A DNA stretch of 64,000 nt from Octopus vulgaris (GCA_951406725.2 OX597836.1:24986001-25050000); one strand, 5' to 3'. Numbered from the stretch's first letter, positions 12,643-25,370 are shown. Numbers and translations are program-made. The notes: generated by a model from the sequence alone, not told the origin.

Positions 12643-12870
12643 TATGACGTAGTGGTTAAGAGCACGGGCTACTAACCCCAAGATTCTGAGTTCGATTCCA
12701 GGCAGTGTCCTGAATAATAATAATAATAATAATAATATCAAAAAATACCTTAGGAATGAGAATCCATGTTCGAAATTTCCTCAAGACACCTGATGAAGGC
12801 CGGAAGGTATATCAGCTGAAACGTGTTAACAACAATCAAGATGAGGACAAATATCCGTCCAATGTAAATA
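12643..12870 (+). mobile_element. SINE family D: tRNA-like head + (AAT)n + tail with a hammerhead-like motif
   Basis: A-box TGACGTAGTGG, anticodon-like arm GGG-CTACTAA-CCC, B-box GTTCGATTCC, and CTGATGA...GAAAC at 12790-12822. 12-bp TSD AATTCTA(A/G)TACA at 12631-12642 and 12871-12882. Confidence 0.85.
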
Positions 12871-13364
12871 AATTCTAGTACAGTTCAACATTTACTGTAC
12901 AGTGTTGCTATAGTCTTATTGGTGAGGTTGAAGGAGTTGTTTACTCTGTACCAAGTGTTGGTTCTGTGGTTCAGTGTCTGATGGAGCCAACTTCATATCT
13001 GATCTTGGAACAATCCTTATGAGGAGTAATGGTTTGGTAACAAATCTGCTAGGGTGGCACAGGAAAAATATGGACCTGATTCAGCATAATAAAACACACA
13101 TCTAAACTAAACCAGACTAGAATAATCTAACCTTAGCTGAACTGATCTCTTGTGCTATCTCTAAACACTTGTTTTGAGCAAGATTTTGATTTTAAAACTG
13201 GATTAGCATCAAATGCACATCTCTGCTGATGGCATCATACATTCTGGTTAGTTCTTTGTATTTCTGGTAGAATATGGATTGAAAATGATGTTAAAAAAAT
13301 TTGTATGAACCTAATTTAAAAAATTTTTGTTTGTGCCTTTTCTCTTTTTCTGAAGTATGGTGAT

Positions 13365-13768
13365 CCATCTCACTTCATGGCTGGTTGCGGGTATGAGACC
13401 ATGGACTCTCCCTTGCTGTACCACTCATTATACTCTAGCCAGTTAGTTTCTAGCTTTGTTGGGGGTAATTACCCTGAATTAGGGAAGCACATGTTGATGT
13501 GGTTGCCCACCTCCACTTCCCAACTGGCGCAAACGCACGGGCGGGCAGCTGAAGACCTGGGCAACGACGATAAAGGAGGACCTCTCCTAACTCTCAGGTT
13601 TGCAGGTGGTCAGTCTGCGCAGATGGAACTGAGAATGGCTCACTATCTCTAGTGACCTCGCACAGGACCGTCGAGTGTGGGCTGCCATGGTTCATGATGC
13701 CATCAGGACCAGAGAAGAAGCTTGCTCAACCCGCCCTGGGTGAATGCCGTCACAAGTACAAGTACAAG
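13365..13768 (+). mobile_element. RTE-clade LINE 3' fragment (decayed)
   Basis: One frame reads PPPLPNWRKRTGGQLKTWATTIKEDLS*...DLAQDRRVWAAMVHDA, a typical RTE C-terminus, and the fragment ends in a (CAAGTA)n tail. Confidence 0.85.
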
Positions 13769-14856
13769 TTAGTAAATTTGGGTGGGTCTCTTTGCAATTT
13801 TAGTAATGTAATGCTAGTGGTTTGTAAGACCTAAAGGATAGGGGTGGAATTTAGATCTTGTTTCACAGCATGAAGACAGACACAGTATATTATTGATTAT
13901 GTATCATCTTATCTGTTAGGTTGAAAGTTCTCGGAGCTAATCTTATCTCTTCTCAGGTGTCCTTCCTTTGTTCTACATTTTATCACACCTGCATCTTCTA
14001 CCCTGAACACTGGCCAATGAGGGCAATTCTATTGTTATATCAAGCCCAACCTGCTTGATATAAAAGCTGAATTGCCCTCTTTAAAACCCATTGTCTTTAT
14101 AATGAAGACCACTCATTTCTGCCATGTATCTTACATCAGCATCACCCACAACAGAGCAATGTGGGACTAACTAGAATATTTCTTATATAATCTCATGCCA
14201 TGTAAAAAGCACTCAAAACTCTCTGTAAAGTGGTTGGCATTAGGAAGGGAGGCTTACAAGCTCCTGCCAAACTGTCCAACCCTTGCTAGCATGGAAAAAA
14301 AAATGTTAAATGATGATGTCAGGATCTAGGGCAGTGTTCATGACCCATTTCAGAGATCTTGAAACTGAGGTTATGGTGTGACAGGTGGAGAACTGGGGTG
14401 GGTGGTTGCAGAGAGAGAGTATCCTTAAATTGGAAATCTGATCTGAATGTTTGCAATAATGTGGATGCATGGTATCTAAGGGTTAGGTGGTGTTGTCATA
14501 GTGGATGATAACAGGGTAGATTCAGCTAAAAGTACCCAAGGTCTGGGTGGTGGTATGTTGTGGTTGGATTTGAACTTAGAATGCAGAGTCAGTCATCACG
14601 CTAATGTTCTGCCTCTCCACATCTACTTTATTTCTTAACTTCAAAAGTACCTATTTATATTTTGCATCTTACTTAAAGCTGACAGTAGACCATGGCAGTA
14701 GCCCTTTGGCTGGTCAGCGCCTGTCAACCCATCCAACACATGCCAGCATGGATAACAGATGTTAAATGATGATGGCACCATTGACAGGCAAGATACTCCA
14801 GTATTTGTCTGACATAGAATTTCTCACTGATGCACTGTGTTAAAAACAATATATAT

Positions 14857-15265
14857 TATTATTTACATTATTTACATTTGACGGATATTTGTCCTCATCT
14901 TATTTGTTGTTAACACAACATTTCAGCTGATATACCCTCCAGCTTTCTTCAGGTGTCTTGGGGAAATTTCAAACCTGGGTTCTCATTCCTAAGGTATTTT
15001 TTGATGTTTATTCAGGTCACTGCTTGGAATTGAACTCGGAATCTTGGGGTTAGTAGCCCGTGCTCCTAATCACTATACCCACGGGAATATGGCATAGTGG
15101 TTAAGAGCATGGGATACTAACCCCAAGATTCCGTGTTTGATTCCAGGCAGTGACCTGAATAATCATAATAATATCAAAAAATACCTTAGGAATGAGAACC
15201 CAGATTTGAAATTTCCCCAAGACACCTGATGAAGGCTGGAGGGTATATCAGCCGAAATGTGTGAA
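14857..15265. mobile_element. Head-to-head inverted pair of family D SINEs (14857-~15077 minus; ~15087-15265 plus)
   Basis: Two D copies diverge from a CCCACGGG centre. Both carry the CTGA(A/T)GA...GAAA motif (14912-14957 minus; 15221-15263 plus). Confidence 0.88.
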
Positions 15266-15794
15266 CAATCTTGAGATTTCAGAGCATGTGTTCCTACCTT
15301 CTTTGATCATATTCCATCCATCTTCCCTGCTAGCTATTCTTTGGCAGCTCATGGGGGTTGGGTCCTAACAGAAGCAACTGTCATTTGGCTTTCTGGCTGA
15401 ATTCCCAAATGAGACCAAAACCCTGGACATTATCTTTGATTCGATTTATCCACTGAATCAGCATTTTTGCTTACTGACTGTGGTTTCGATTCTTTTTTTC
15501 TTTTTTTGCTAGCTTCATTATGTTAACACTAACTTAGCTATTTGCTTTCCATGCAGATGGGGTCCTTAGGTTATCCACCACCCCTGCCACTAAAGCATTA
15601 TATTCCAACATAGCTGTCACACTGGTATATATTATCAGATTAATGCTTTTGTGTGCAAATTATAAATTAAGACTTTGGGTCAACTTGACAAAAAAAGCAT
15701 ATTTAACCGCACAAAAGAAGCAACGATCTTTCGGTAACTAATTGTATTAATTAATCCAGTTAACAATCCTCGTTAAAGTAGAACAATTTAACAG

Positions 15795-15954
15795 TTTGTG
15801 GCTGAGGTGAAAAAGAAGAAAAAGGAAGTATTGGCGAGTTTTAATTGGTCCATTGTTAGAGGCATTTTTGGAATTTTTTGAAAATACAATACACTCAATT
15901 TTCTGGCATCCAAGTCAGATTTTTTCAAACCCAAAGAGACAACCAAAAACGAAG
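15795..15954 (+). other. Candidate non-coding exon
   Basis: Perfect donor AAG|GTGAGT at 15955. The acceptor TTTAACAG is weak, so the start is uncertain. Unique sequence with no convincing ORF. Confidence 0.25.
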
Positions 15955-16191
15955 GTGAGTCAACATAAAGAGCAAGGAGATGTTGGAGGGCTAAAAATTC
16001 CATTTGAAATGAAGCAGGATTTGCAAAGATGTGATGGTGTTTGAATGTTTATGGTGGAAAATACTGGATGTATGTGAGGGTCAATGAAAGAAACCTCTAC
16101 ATAATCAGTAGAACCTGTTAGAAATAGTAGCTAGATCTCTTTCAGATTGCCTCCTCCTGTCTTATGAATGTACATACCATGTTCTCTGACA

Positions 16192-16520
16192 TCTCTATAT
16201 ATATAAATGGCAAAATGTCTGTGTGCGTGTCCTTTATATAAATCCACAATTTTTCAGTTAGAGGGCTCGCACTTTCTATGGTCATTCAAAACCATCCAAG
16301 GGTGGTCGTGCACATCTTTACATTTCCCCTGTCACCCCACAAAGCCATTAAAAAATCAATAGAAGTGACTTTTTGTGAATTTTCTATCCAAAACCCAATC
16401 AAAATGCCCGAAACTTGATACGCCAATTGAATGCCAGTTAGCTGTATGTGATTGCTCAGAGATTTGGACAGTACTCGTGTGTATGTGTGCACGCATGCAG
16501 CTGTATATACATGCAGTAGT
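16192..16520 (+). mobile_element. Probable non-autonomous Helitron (5' part)
   Basis: Starts A|TCTCTATATATATAAA followed by a short (TG)-like tract, like the 5' end of the element at 32691. The 3' hairpin/CTAG is not clear. Confidence 0.45.
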
Positions 16521-17591
16521 ATAAATATAATTTTCAGACCAAAATTTAAGCTATAAACTGTAGGATGTCTTATACATCAAGACAAATTTGGATGACCAAA
16601 GATTTCAAGTAAAATGCAATAGAATTTGGGAAGATAGTGATGGTGTTTGAATGTTTGACCCTCCTGTCTTAGACGTGAGATGAGGGCCCTGCTATTTCTT
16701 GCTGGACAGCCTGCACAAACGATTTGTCTATAGTGACCACATGTTTGTGCTGTGCATTAACTCACTCTCCCCGTCAAATTGACATTGCCTGAACAGGTGC
16801 ATGATGTGCCACATGTCAGCTGTCGAAGTATGGCAGAACAACATGAGATCAAATGTTCTGGTCACCAACACAATGCACTGCCCAGTCCAAGAATCAAAAC
16901 TGTGATCTTGTAATCGTGAGTGCAACACCTCAACTACCTGGCCACATACCCCCATTTTATATAAACCTGCAATTTTTTCTTCTTTTTTTTTTCTTTTATT
17001 CTTTTACTTGTTTCACTCATTTTGACTGCGGCCATGCTGGAGCACCGCCTTTAGTCGAGCAAATCAACCCCCGGGACTTATTCTTTGTAAGCCCAGTACT
17101 TATTCTATCGGTCTCTTTTGCCGAACCGCTAAGTGCCGAACCGCAAGATGAGCTTCTTTCAGTTTCTGTCTACCAAATCCACTCCCAAAACTTTGGTCAT
17201 GCTTGGGTTATTGTAGAAGACAGTTGCTCAAGTTTCACACAGTGGGACTGAACCAGGAACCATGTGGTTGGTAAACAAGCTACTTACCTCAAACCACACC
17301 TGTGCGTATACAAATAACACTTTTATAATCTGGGAAGAGAAGTTGTCAAGTTTCAAAGTCACTGATTTCAAATGGTTTCTTTCTCACTGGTTTTCAATGA
17401 AATATTCACACCTCTACAGAGCAGCTGACCTCCATAACAGTACACAGGTTTTGTTTCCTGTATCAGACTACTACATTACAGCTATTGTGTCTGTGTTTAA
17501 TTGAGGTTTTGATGGGAATGTGCCATCAATTCATGAATTCGTTTGACACCAGAAATAAAATTTATATTTGTCTCTGAGTAGTGGGTCTTAC

Positions 17592-17629
17592 CTTTGGAGG
17601 TCAGTGTGTTTGATTTCAACAATGTCATG
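17592..17629 (-). other. Candidate 38-nt exon on the minus strand
   Basis: Minus strand: cctgttttctgtag|CATGACATTGTTGAAATCAAACACACTGACCTCCAAAG|gtaaga; open as HDIVEIKHTDLQ or MTLLKSNTLTSK. Confidence 0.3.
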
Positions 17630-17955
17630 CTACAGAAAACAGGTAATGTGTTGGTATCTTAGGAGGTGGTGAAGTAGCTGCTGATAACAGAGATAATGTG
17701 TTTTGTATTGTTAGTTACATTTCGTGTCTTAATAATAATGATCCCTTCTATTATATGCACGGACCCTGGGAGGGAGTAAGTTGGTTACATCAACCCCAGT
17801 AATCAACTTATAGTTTGCTTTTTCATGCTTTTTGGGGCTGATAAAACAAAGTCAACACTGGTGGAATTTGAACTCGGGATGCAAAGACAGACACAAAATA
17901 CTGTTAAGCCTTTTGCCCAGTGTACTAATGATTCTGCCAGCTCACCACCTTAATA

Positions 17956-17990
<35 letters not shown>

Positions 17991-18697
17991 TATTATTCCA
18001 AATTTTGGCACATGGTAGTTTGTTTTATTGAGGATGAAAGACAAAGCTGACCTCAGCAGAATTTGAACTCTGATGGATGAAATACTGCTAAGCATTTTGT
18101 GTGGTGTGTAACGATTCTGCCAGCTTACTGTCTTAATGAAAATAATAATGATGGTAATAATAATAATAATAATTTCTACTGTAGGCACAAGACTTGAAAA
18201 TTTCATGGTAGTAGTAGTAGTAATAATAATTCTTTCTTTATTGGCTAAAGGGTCCACAAGCAAACTTTTTGTTTAACCCTTTAGCATTCAGATTACTTTG
18301 TCAAATATAATAATGCTTATACATTCAAATTGTTTTCAATTAACCATGCACTATCTCGCTGCTTCTAGAGTTCAATAATGTGATAGTATATTTCTAGAGG
18401 CAGAATTTGGTCAGATTAAAGATAAACCTTGTAGAATATTTTTCTCACAGATGGTGCCCAACTGACCCTACTATACTGTGTAGTTGACAGAATAAAAAGC
18501 AAGCAATGCGCATGCGCAAGATTAACAATATAACAATTTACCTATCACACCCTGTGTATATAAATATATATATATAGGTTGAAGCTATATGCCAAGGGCA
18601 GGGATCCCATGTTCTCGTGTGTAAATTTGTGTGTTTTTTTTAACTATGAATAAATGAAAGAATGGAGTCAAACGACGATTTTAACAAAATTCCTTTA

Positions 18698-18780
18698 CTC
18701 TCGACACATGTTTCGAAGGCTGCTTATTCCTAATTCCGAAGGAATAAAGGGTGCATTATGCCACCATCTCATCAGGAAAG
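18698..18780 (-). ncRNA. Minimal type I hammerhead ribozyme motif (Penelope-like) inside a ~220-bp insert in (TA)n (~18578-18802)
   Basis: Minus strand: CUUUC-CUGAUGA-G[long branched stem II]C-GAAAC-AUGU-GUC-GAGAG. Stem I is CUUUC/GAGAG, loop III is the palindrome ACAUGU, and the cleavage triplet is the canonical GUC. Confidence 0.75.
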
Positions 18781-18812
18781 ACAAGGAACTTATGTCAGTA
18801 TCATGAAGAGCA

Positions 18813-18845
<33 letters not shown>

Positions 18846-19299
18846 ACTGGCTTCTTTCAGTTTCCGTCTGCCAAATCCACTCACAAAGCTTAGGTTGGCC
18901 TAAGGTTATAGTGGAAGACATTTGTCAAAGGTGCCACGTAATGAGACTGAACCTGGAACCATGTGGTTGGGAAGCAAACATATTAGCCCCAGCCACACCT
19001 TTTTGTCTGACAAGAAAAATTTTTTAAATTCCAAATACTTTTCCGCCACCAAATGGAGAAAATATGAATAAAGCAACCCCCACCACCACCCCGACAAAAG
19101 AAAAAATAACAAAAAACATGAGAAAATGAGGAAAATGGGTTTGCCAACACTTTGTAACAAGTCCGCAATAAAAAAAAGTTAGAAATAAAGGAAGAAAATA
19201 ACCCTCAGTTGAAAAGTAATCCGATATATTTTCTAAAACTCAGGAGATTTGTAAGAGACATATCTATTGCAGGCAACTACAATGATGATAATAATAATG

Positions 19300-19330
<31 letters not shown>

Positions 19331-19689
19331 CAGCATTAATGATAACAACAATAATAGTAAAGAGTTGTGAAGTTTACTGCAGGCATTATATGGGATCAGT
19401 TTTAATGTCTCATATTTAGGATTAGCAGATTTATTTTTGATCATTTCTATTGTCCTGAGAAATGGGGTTCGGAGAGGGGGGGGTTCTAATCTGCCCTTTT
19501 TCACCACCACCATCACCCAGCTCCGTACATTTCTATTTTTGTTTGTTTAGTTATGTTTGCTCTCTTTTCTTGTTATTTACATGCATTTTGTTATTTGTGT
19601 GTGTGTGTGGCTTCTATTTTTATTTTCTAGTCACTAGGACTTACATATGCATATTTTTATGCATACATGCATCATAAATGTAAGTACTC

Positions 19690-19720
<31 letters not shown>

Positions 19721-20349
19721 AATCCTTAAAAAATCTTTAAAAATGTTTTAGCCCAAAGGCAACGGCCATGCTGGGGCACCATATATATATGTGTGTGTAA
19801 ATCTGTACATATACAGATCTGTATGTGTGTGTATGTGTTTGTAAATATATATATATGTATGTATGTATGTATATAGGCATGTAAATATGTATGTATGTAA
19901 GCACCCCTTCTCTCAAAGTATGTATAATCTAGGGATGAGTGCAGTTATTGTCTAAGATTATGTAGACGTATTACTACATTAGGCTGACTTAGTTCAGTTC
20001 ATCATCATCATCATCATCATCATAAGGGGGAGCAATAATTGTGGTGATGGTGTGAGGGAGTAAAGTGTGTGTGAGCAATAGAGTAACATGTGTGTGTGTG
20101 TGTTGAAGAACCTGACCAAAAGTGGGTGGTTTAATGGTTACTATGAGGAGTATTTTAAAGTATTACTGTTGTTATTGAGTAATCGGCTGATACATTGAGA
20201 TTAGTGGATGTGTTGGCAGTGAGAGATTAAAACAGAATTTGCCAGGCCCTTTATAATAATAATGATATCAACAATTATATGTGTGTGTTCATCTGATGCC
20301 CTCCCCTATTACCTAAATTTTCACTTAATGTAATGGTAGTAAAGATATT

Positions 20350-20563
20350 ACTCTTTTACTTGTTTCAGTCATTTGACTGCGGCCGTGCTGGAGCACCGCC
20401 TTTAATCGAGCAAATCGACCCCGGGACTTATTCTTTTGTAAGCCCAGTACTTATTCTATCGGTCTCTTTTGCCGAGCCGCTAAGTGACGGGGACATAAAC
20501 ACACCAGCATCGGTTGTCAAGCAATGCTAGGGGAACAAACACAGACACACAAACACACACACA

Positions 20564-20643
<80 letters not shown>

Positions 20644-20817
20644 CACATATATACGACGGGCTTCTTTCAGTTTCCGTCTACCAAATCCACTCACAAGGCT
20701 TTGGTCGGCCCGAGGCTATAGTAGAAGACACTTGCCCAAGGTGCCATGCAGTGGGACTGAACCCGGAACCATGTGGTTGGTAAACAAGCTACTTACCACA
20801 CAGCCACTCCTGCACCT
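20350..20817 (-). mobile_element. SINE family B, full length with expanded internal (TA)n
   Basis: Near-identical to 5913-6321. Further B copies or fragments lie at ~16995-17305, 18848-18980, 25562-25730, 32040-32205 and 35250-35482. Confidence 0.9.
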
Positions 20818-21639
20818 ATATGCTCATCATCATTTAATGTCTGTTGTCTATGCTGGCATGGGTTAGATGGTGTGACCAGATCTGGAAAGCTGGGGCATTG
20901 CACTGGACCCCAGTCTGATTTGGCATGGTTTCTACAGCTGGGTGCCCTTCCTAATGCCAATCATTTTACAGAGTGTCCTGGGTGCTGTTATGTGTCACTG
21001 CTACAAGTGCTTTTCACAAGCAGAGGGACTGGTCTTAACACCTCTGCTGTGGAGTATAGGTCTTCTTGGTTCTTTGTCATCTTGCCTGAAAGGTTCAGTG
21101 TCCTGAAGTCATTCTTCAGCATGCATACATGCGCTCACACACACACACATTTTAAGTTTACCTTGATAGATTTTGTGTAGAATTCAGAGCCAGCACTGTG
21201 AATTTTGTATACAAATATATAAGCAATGCAATCAGAGATAGAAAAAGTAGGCAATGGGTGTTTATACATATTTCAAGAGTTATTGTCCTTTCATCAGAGT
21301 TATAACTTTCAGTGCTTGCTCTGAATCCTATGAAAAATTTGTAAAGATAAACTTTAAAATGAGAATTTTGCACTGCTAACACAAAAGTAAGACAATACTG
21401 ACTTGTAAACCTTTAATATACTTGGTTGTGTATTATGGTTGCAAAACAAATTACTGTATCCTGACTAGCAATTAATGCACACACACGCACACACATTGCA
21501 AATCATATTTGTAATGTCCAATAGATGGGGAATGTAGCCTCAAAACCATGTGATATGTGGAAACGTATGTAGCAATACATTAAAGGATTTATGAATTTCC
21601 ATCCAAAAGTTCTTTTTACTGTATACATACATACATACA

Positions 21640-22085
21640 TCATCAGCATCATCCTTTAATGTCCGCTTTCCATGCTAGCATGGATTGGATGATTTGACTG
21701 AGGTCTGGCGAACCAGATGGCTGCACCAGATTCCAATCTGATCTGGCAGAGTTTCTACAGATTGATACCCTTCCTAACGCCAACCACTCCGATAGTGTAG
21801 TGGGTGCTTTTATGTGCCACCGGCACGAGGGCCAGTCAGGCAGTACTGGCAGCGTCACGCTCAAATGGTGCTTTTTATGTGCCACCTGCACAGGAGCCAG
21901 TCCAGCGGCACTGGCAACGACCTTGCTTGAATATTTTTTTCACGTGCCACCAGCACAAGTGCCAGTAAGGCGAGCAGGTAACGATCACGCTCGAATGGTG
22001 CTTTTTACGTGCCATCAGCTCTGGCAACGATCACGCTCGTATGGTACTCTTAGCGCTCCACTAGCACGGATGCCAGTCACTGAAT
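21640..22085 (-). mobile_element. Retroposon family C with (ATG)n tail and internal ~55-65-bp tandem units
   Basis: Minus strand ends GGCGTTAGGAAGGGTATC...CATGCTAGCATGGAAAGCGGACATTAAAGGATGATG. Upstream are repeated GTGGCAC(G/A)TAAAAAGCACC units. Other copies lie at ~10560, 14190, 20825, 23305, 23990, 24550, 31475, 36340, 39475 and 55095. Confidence 0.85.
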
Positions 22086-22092
22086 TTGATTT

Positions 22093-22126
<34 letters not shown>

Positions 22127-22278
22127 TCATCGTTTAACGTCCGCTTTCCATGCTATGAATCATTATGTTTAATTCTCTATAATTTCCTGTCCGTGTTTAA
22201 ATGTTGTAGGGGTTACTGCTTTTTGTCATCTGGTTATACTGGAACATCACTGTCAGAAAGTATGTTAATATTCTAAAA

Positions 22279-22479
22279 CAGTGGTTTTCAACCAGGGTTC
22301 CGCCAGTACAGTCCAGGGGTTCCACAAGAAGTTACAAAAATGCTAAAATCGACAGTAATTTTTAATTCTCCTGCGCAGATATGTGTGCATAGGACAATTA
22401 AATTATTACACAGGGGTTCCTCGAGCCAGTGAAATGTTTTCTTGGGGTTCCGCTCCAGCAAAAAGTTTGAAAAGCACTG
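22279..22479. mobile_element. hAT (Charlie-like) MITE, 201 bp
   Basis: TIRs CAGTGGTTTTCAA / TTGAAAAGCACTG and a perfect 8-bp TSD TTCTAAAA (22271-22278, 22480-22487). Confidence 0.92.
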
Positions 22480-23504
22480 TTCTAAAATAATATTAACTAC
22501 CTTCTACTAATATACATACAATTTGAAACCTTGCTGTCTGTGAATGTGTGTGTCTCTGTTTTTGAATTTGCATGTTTGCTTGCACACACACACGTGTATT
22601 TATCTATATTTATAGAGCAACAGAGAGTAGGAAAGAGTGTGAAAGAGTCTTGTGTTTGTACATTGGTAGTTTATAGTATGTACTTTGGAAATATGTATAT
22701 TGGCTGTCTGTGTATGCATTGTTTTATACACACACACACACACAAACACAGAGGTATGTCTGCCCTTGTGAGAGTTAATGTAATATGGATTTATCAAGGA
22801 AAATTAAATAAAACTTTTCACACACATACACAAACATATATACCTCTGCTCACATAACACACATTCTTACTCTCTGTCTCTCTCTGTCTCTCTTTTCCTC
22901 CCCTCCCCCACCCCGACACCCCTCCTCAGGCCTTGGTCTGTTGACAAAACAGGGTATTTACTGCTGTAATGGATGATCCCATTCACTCAGTTGTCAACCC
23001 AGTTTTCACAAAGCTTCAGTCACATTCTCTCTCTCTCTCCCTGTCTCCCTCTCTTTTCCTGCACCCCTAGCTTCCCCTTCCTCTTGATCTACCACCCCAC
23101 CAACACCACCACCATCACATACCTTCAGATTGTTTAATCCTTGTCAATTATTTCTTGTCTACCTGAATGGGGAAGGTGGCATTCCTATTGTCAGTGCATA
23201 TGATCAACTCTGCCTTCATTTTGAGAGAGAGAGAGAGACAGAAGTGATTTTTAAGTAAGACTTTAAAATGATTGCATTGGATATATATTTTGTGAATAGC
23301 ATATATCATCATCATCATCATCATCATAATTTAAAGTCTGTTTTTCATGCTGGCATGGGTGGGATGGTTTGACAGACCCTGGTGAGCCACAGAGCTGTGT
23401 CAGATTCCAATGTCAGATTAGGGCATAGATTCTACAGCTGGATACCTTCCCTAACTCAATACCAACCTCTTTACAATGTACACTGGGTGCTTTTTTTCTA
23501 TGAT

Positions 23505-23740
23505 ACCTATTTCTTTATTACCCACAAGGGGCTAAACACAGAGGGGACAAACAAGGACAGACATAGGTATTAAGTCGATTACATCGACCCCAGTGCATAA
23601 CTGGTACTTAATTTATCGACCCTGAAAGGATGAAAGGCAAAGTCGACCTCGGCGGAATTTGAACTCACAACGTAACGGCAGCCGAAATACCGCTAAGCAT
23701 TTCGCCCGACGTGCTAACGATTCTACCAGCTCGCCGCCTT
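23505..23740 (-). mobile_element. SINE family A, full length (tail type 1)
   Basis: Near-identical to 4956-5184; head AAGGCGGCGAGCTGGTAGAATCGTTAGC. Confidence 0.9.
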
Positions 23741-23940
23741 CTAATATATGCATGCACATACACACACACACATGTGCACATGCATTGGGAGTCCAATGAA
23801 GGCCAGCGAGCAGAAGCTTTGAAGACACTCTCAATGCTATTCTTGCTAATTAAAGAACAAAAAATATGTCTAAAAGGATTGAGTAATTCCTCAGTTTAAT
23901 GTTAAATTGTTTTTATTATAACTTGGCATAGCAAACAAAC

Positions 23941-23989
<49 letters not shown>

Positions 23990-25370
23990 ATTGTTTAACT
24001 TCCGTTTTCCATGGTGGTATGGGTTGGACGGTTTGACTGGAGGTCTGGGAAGCCAGGAGGCTGCACCAGGCTCCAGTCTGATCTGGCAGTGTTTCTACAG
24101 CTGGATGCCCTTCCTAATGCCAACCACTCTACCACTCTGAGAGTCTAGTGGGGCCAGAAGGGGCTGACAACGACCCCCCCTCTCTCTCTCTCTCTCTCTT
24201 TATATATATATATGAAGAGGGAGTGTTAAACTAATACACCTACTTGTTCCTTCATCATCTTCATTGTTTAACATCTGTTTTCCATACTGGCATGGGTTGG
24301 ATGGTTTAGACTGAGGACAGTCAAAGACCTCAAAATTGTGTGACCTGACCTGGTTTTTGATGTTGTTTTTATAGTAAAAATGAGTTATTGTGCAAAAAAC
24401 TTACTTTATTTGGTAGCTGAAAGATTACTGAATCTTTTGATACCTCATGCATCAAAATCAGCAACTCGTTTTTTGAATCCATAAGGATCATATGCGCATG
24501 CACACATATACACATACTGACACACACACACACACATATGTTTTTTTTGTCTTGCAAGTACTTGGTGACCCTGTCAGTGCAGGTGCCACTTAAAAGCACC
24601 CAGGCCACACTGTGAAGTGGTTGGTGTTTGGAAGGACATCCAGCTGTAAGAACCTTGCCAAAACTGACCTCACCTGTGCTTGTGCCACATAAAAAGTACT
24701 AAGTCCACCCTTCTGCGTGGTTGGTATTAGGAAGGGCATCCAGCAATAAAAATCCTTCCAAAACAGTCACAGAAGTCTGGTGCAGGCTTCTGCCTGACCA
24801 GCTCTTGTGAAACGGTCCCATTCATGCTAGCATGGAAGGGGGGACATTAAATGACGTCGATGACACACACACAAACATATGCATTATTTTCTTTTCTCCT
24901 TTCTGTAGAACAACATAAGCTTGAAATGTGAAAGGCTTCTTTAATTTTCCTGAGCATCGAGTGAAGACACCCCATTAGTTGTTTCCTCACCTGTCCTTGT
25001 CTTTTGTTTTTTGTACAATTTGAACCATATACACACATATACACACAAATATATGTGTGTGTGTGTGTGTATAGTTGAACGAAAGCATAAACAGGAAATC
25101 ACTAGGTATTTAATCAATTATCAGCATATATTTATATTACATTGTTGAGAATTATAAATACGTATGAATAAAAATGCATATATATCTGGAAACTAGGAAG
25201 AGTCCATAAGTCGAAAAGTTCATAATGGTTCAAATGTAGATTGGTACATTCTAGGATGAGGTAGAAAAGAAGTCCATAGTATTTGTTATGACTAAAATAA
25301 GTATGTAAATCAATAGTGTCACTGGTGAGAAACTTGCAATTGATGGGAAAAAAAAGATGTGTAGGTAATA

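Noticed and set aside
12643-12712. tRNA-like sequences (also 48836, 55476 and the SINE A/B/F heads)
   Set aside because: There is no proper acceptor stem, and each continues into a SINE body; these are SINE heads, not tRNA genes.
14912-14957. Apparent compensatory change (AGCUG/CAGCU) in family D stem II
   Set aside because: The C-to-T change is at a CpG, and the 53002 copy has the A without the T, so it is not reliable covariation evidence.
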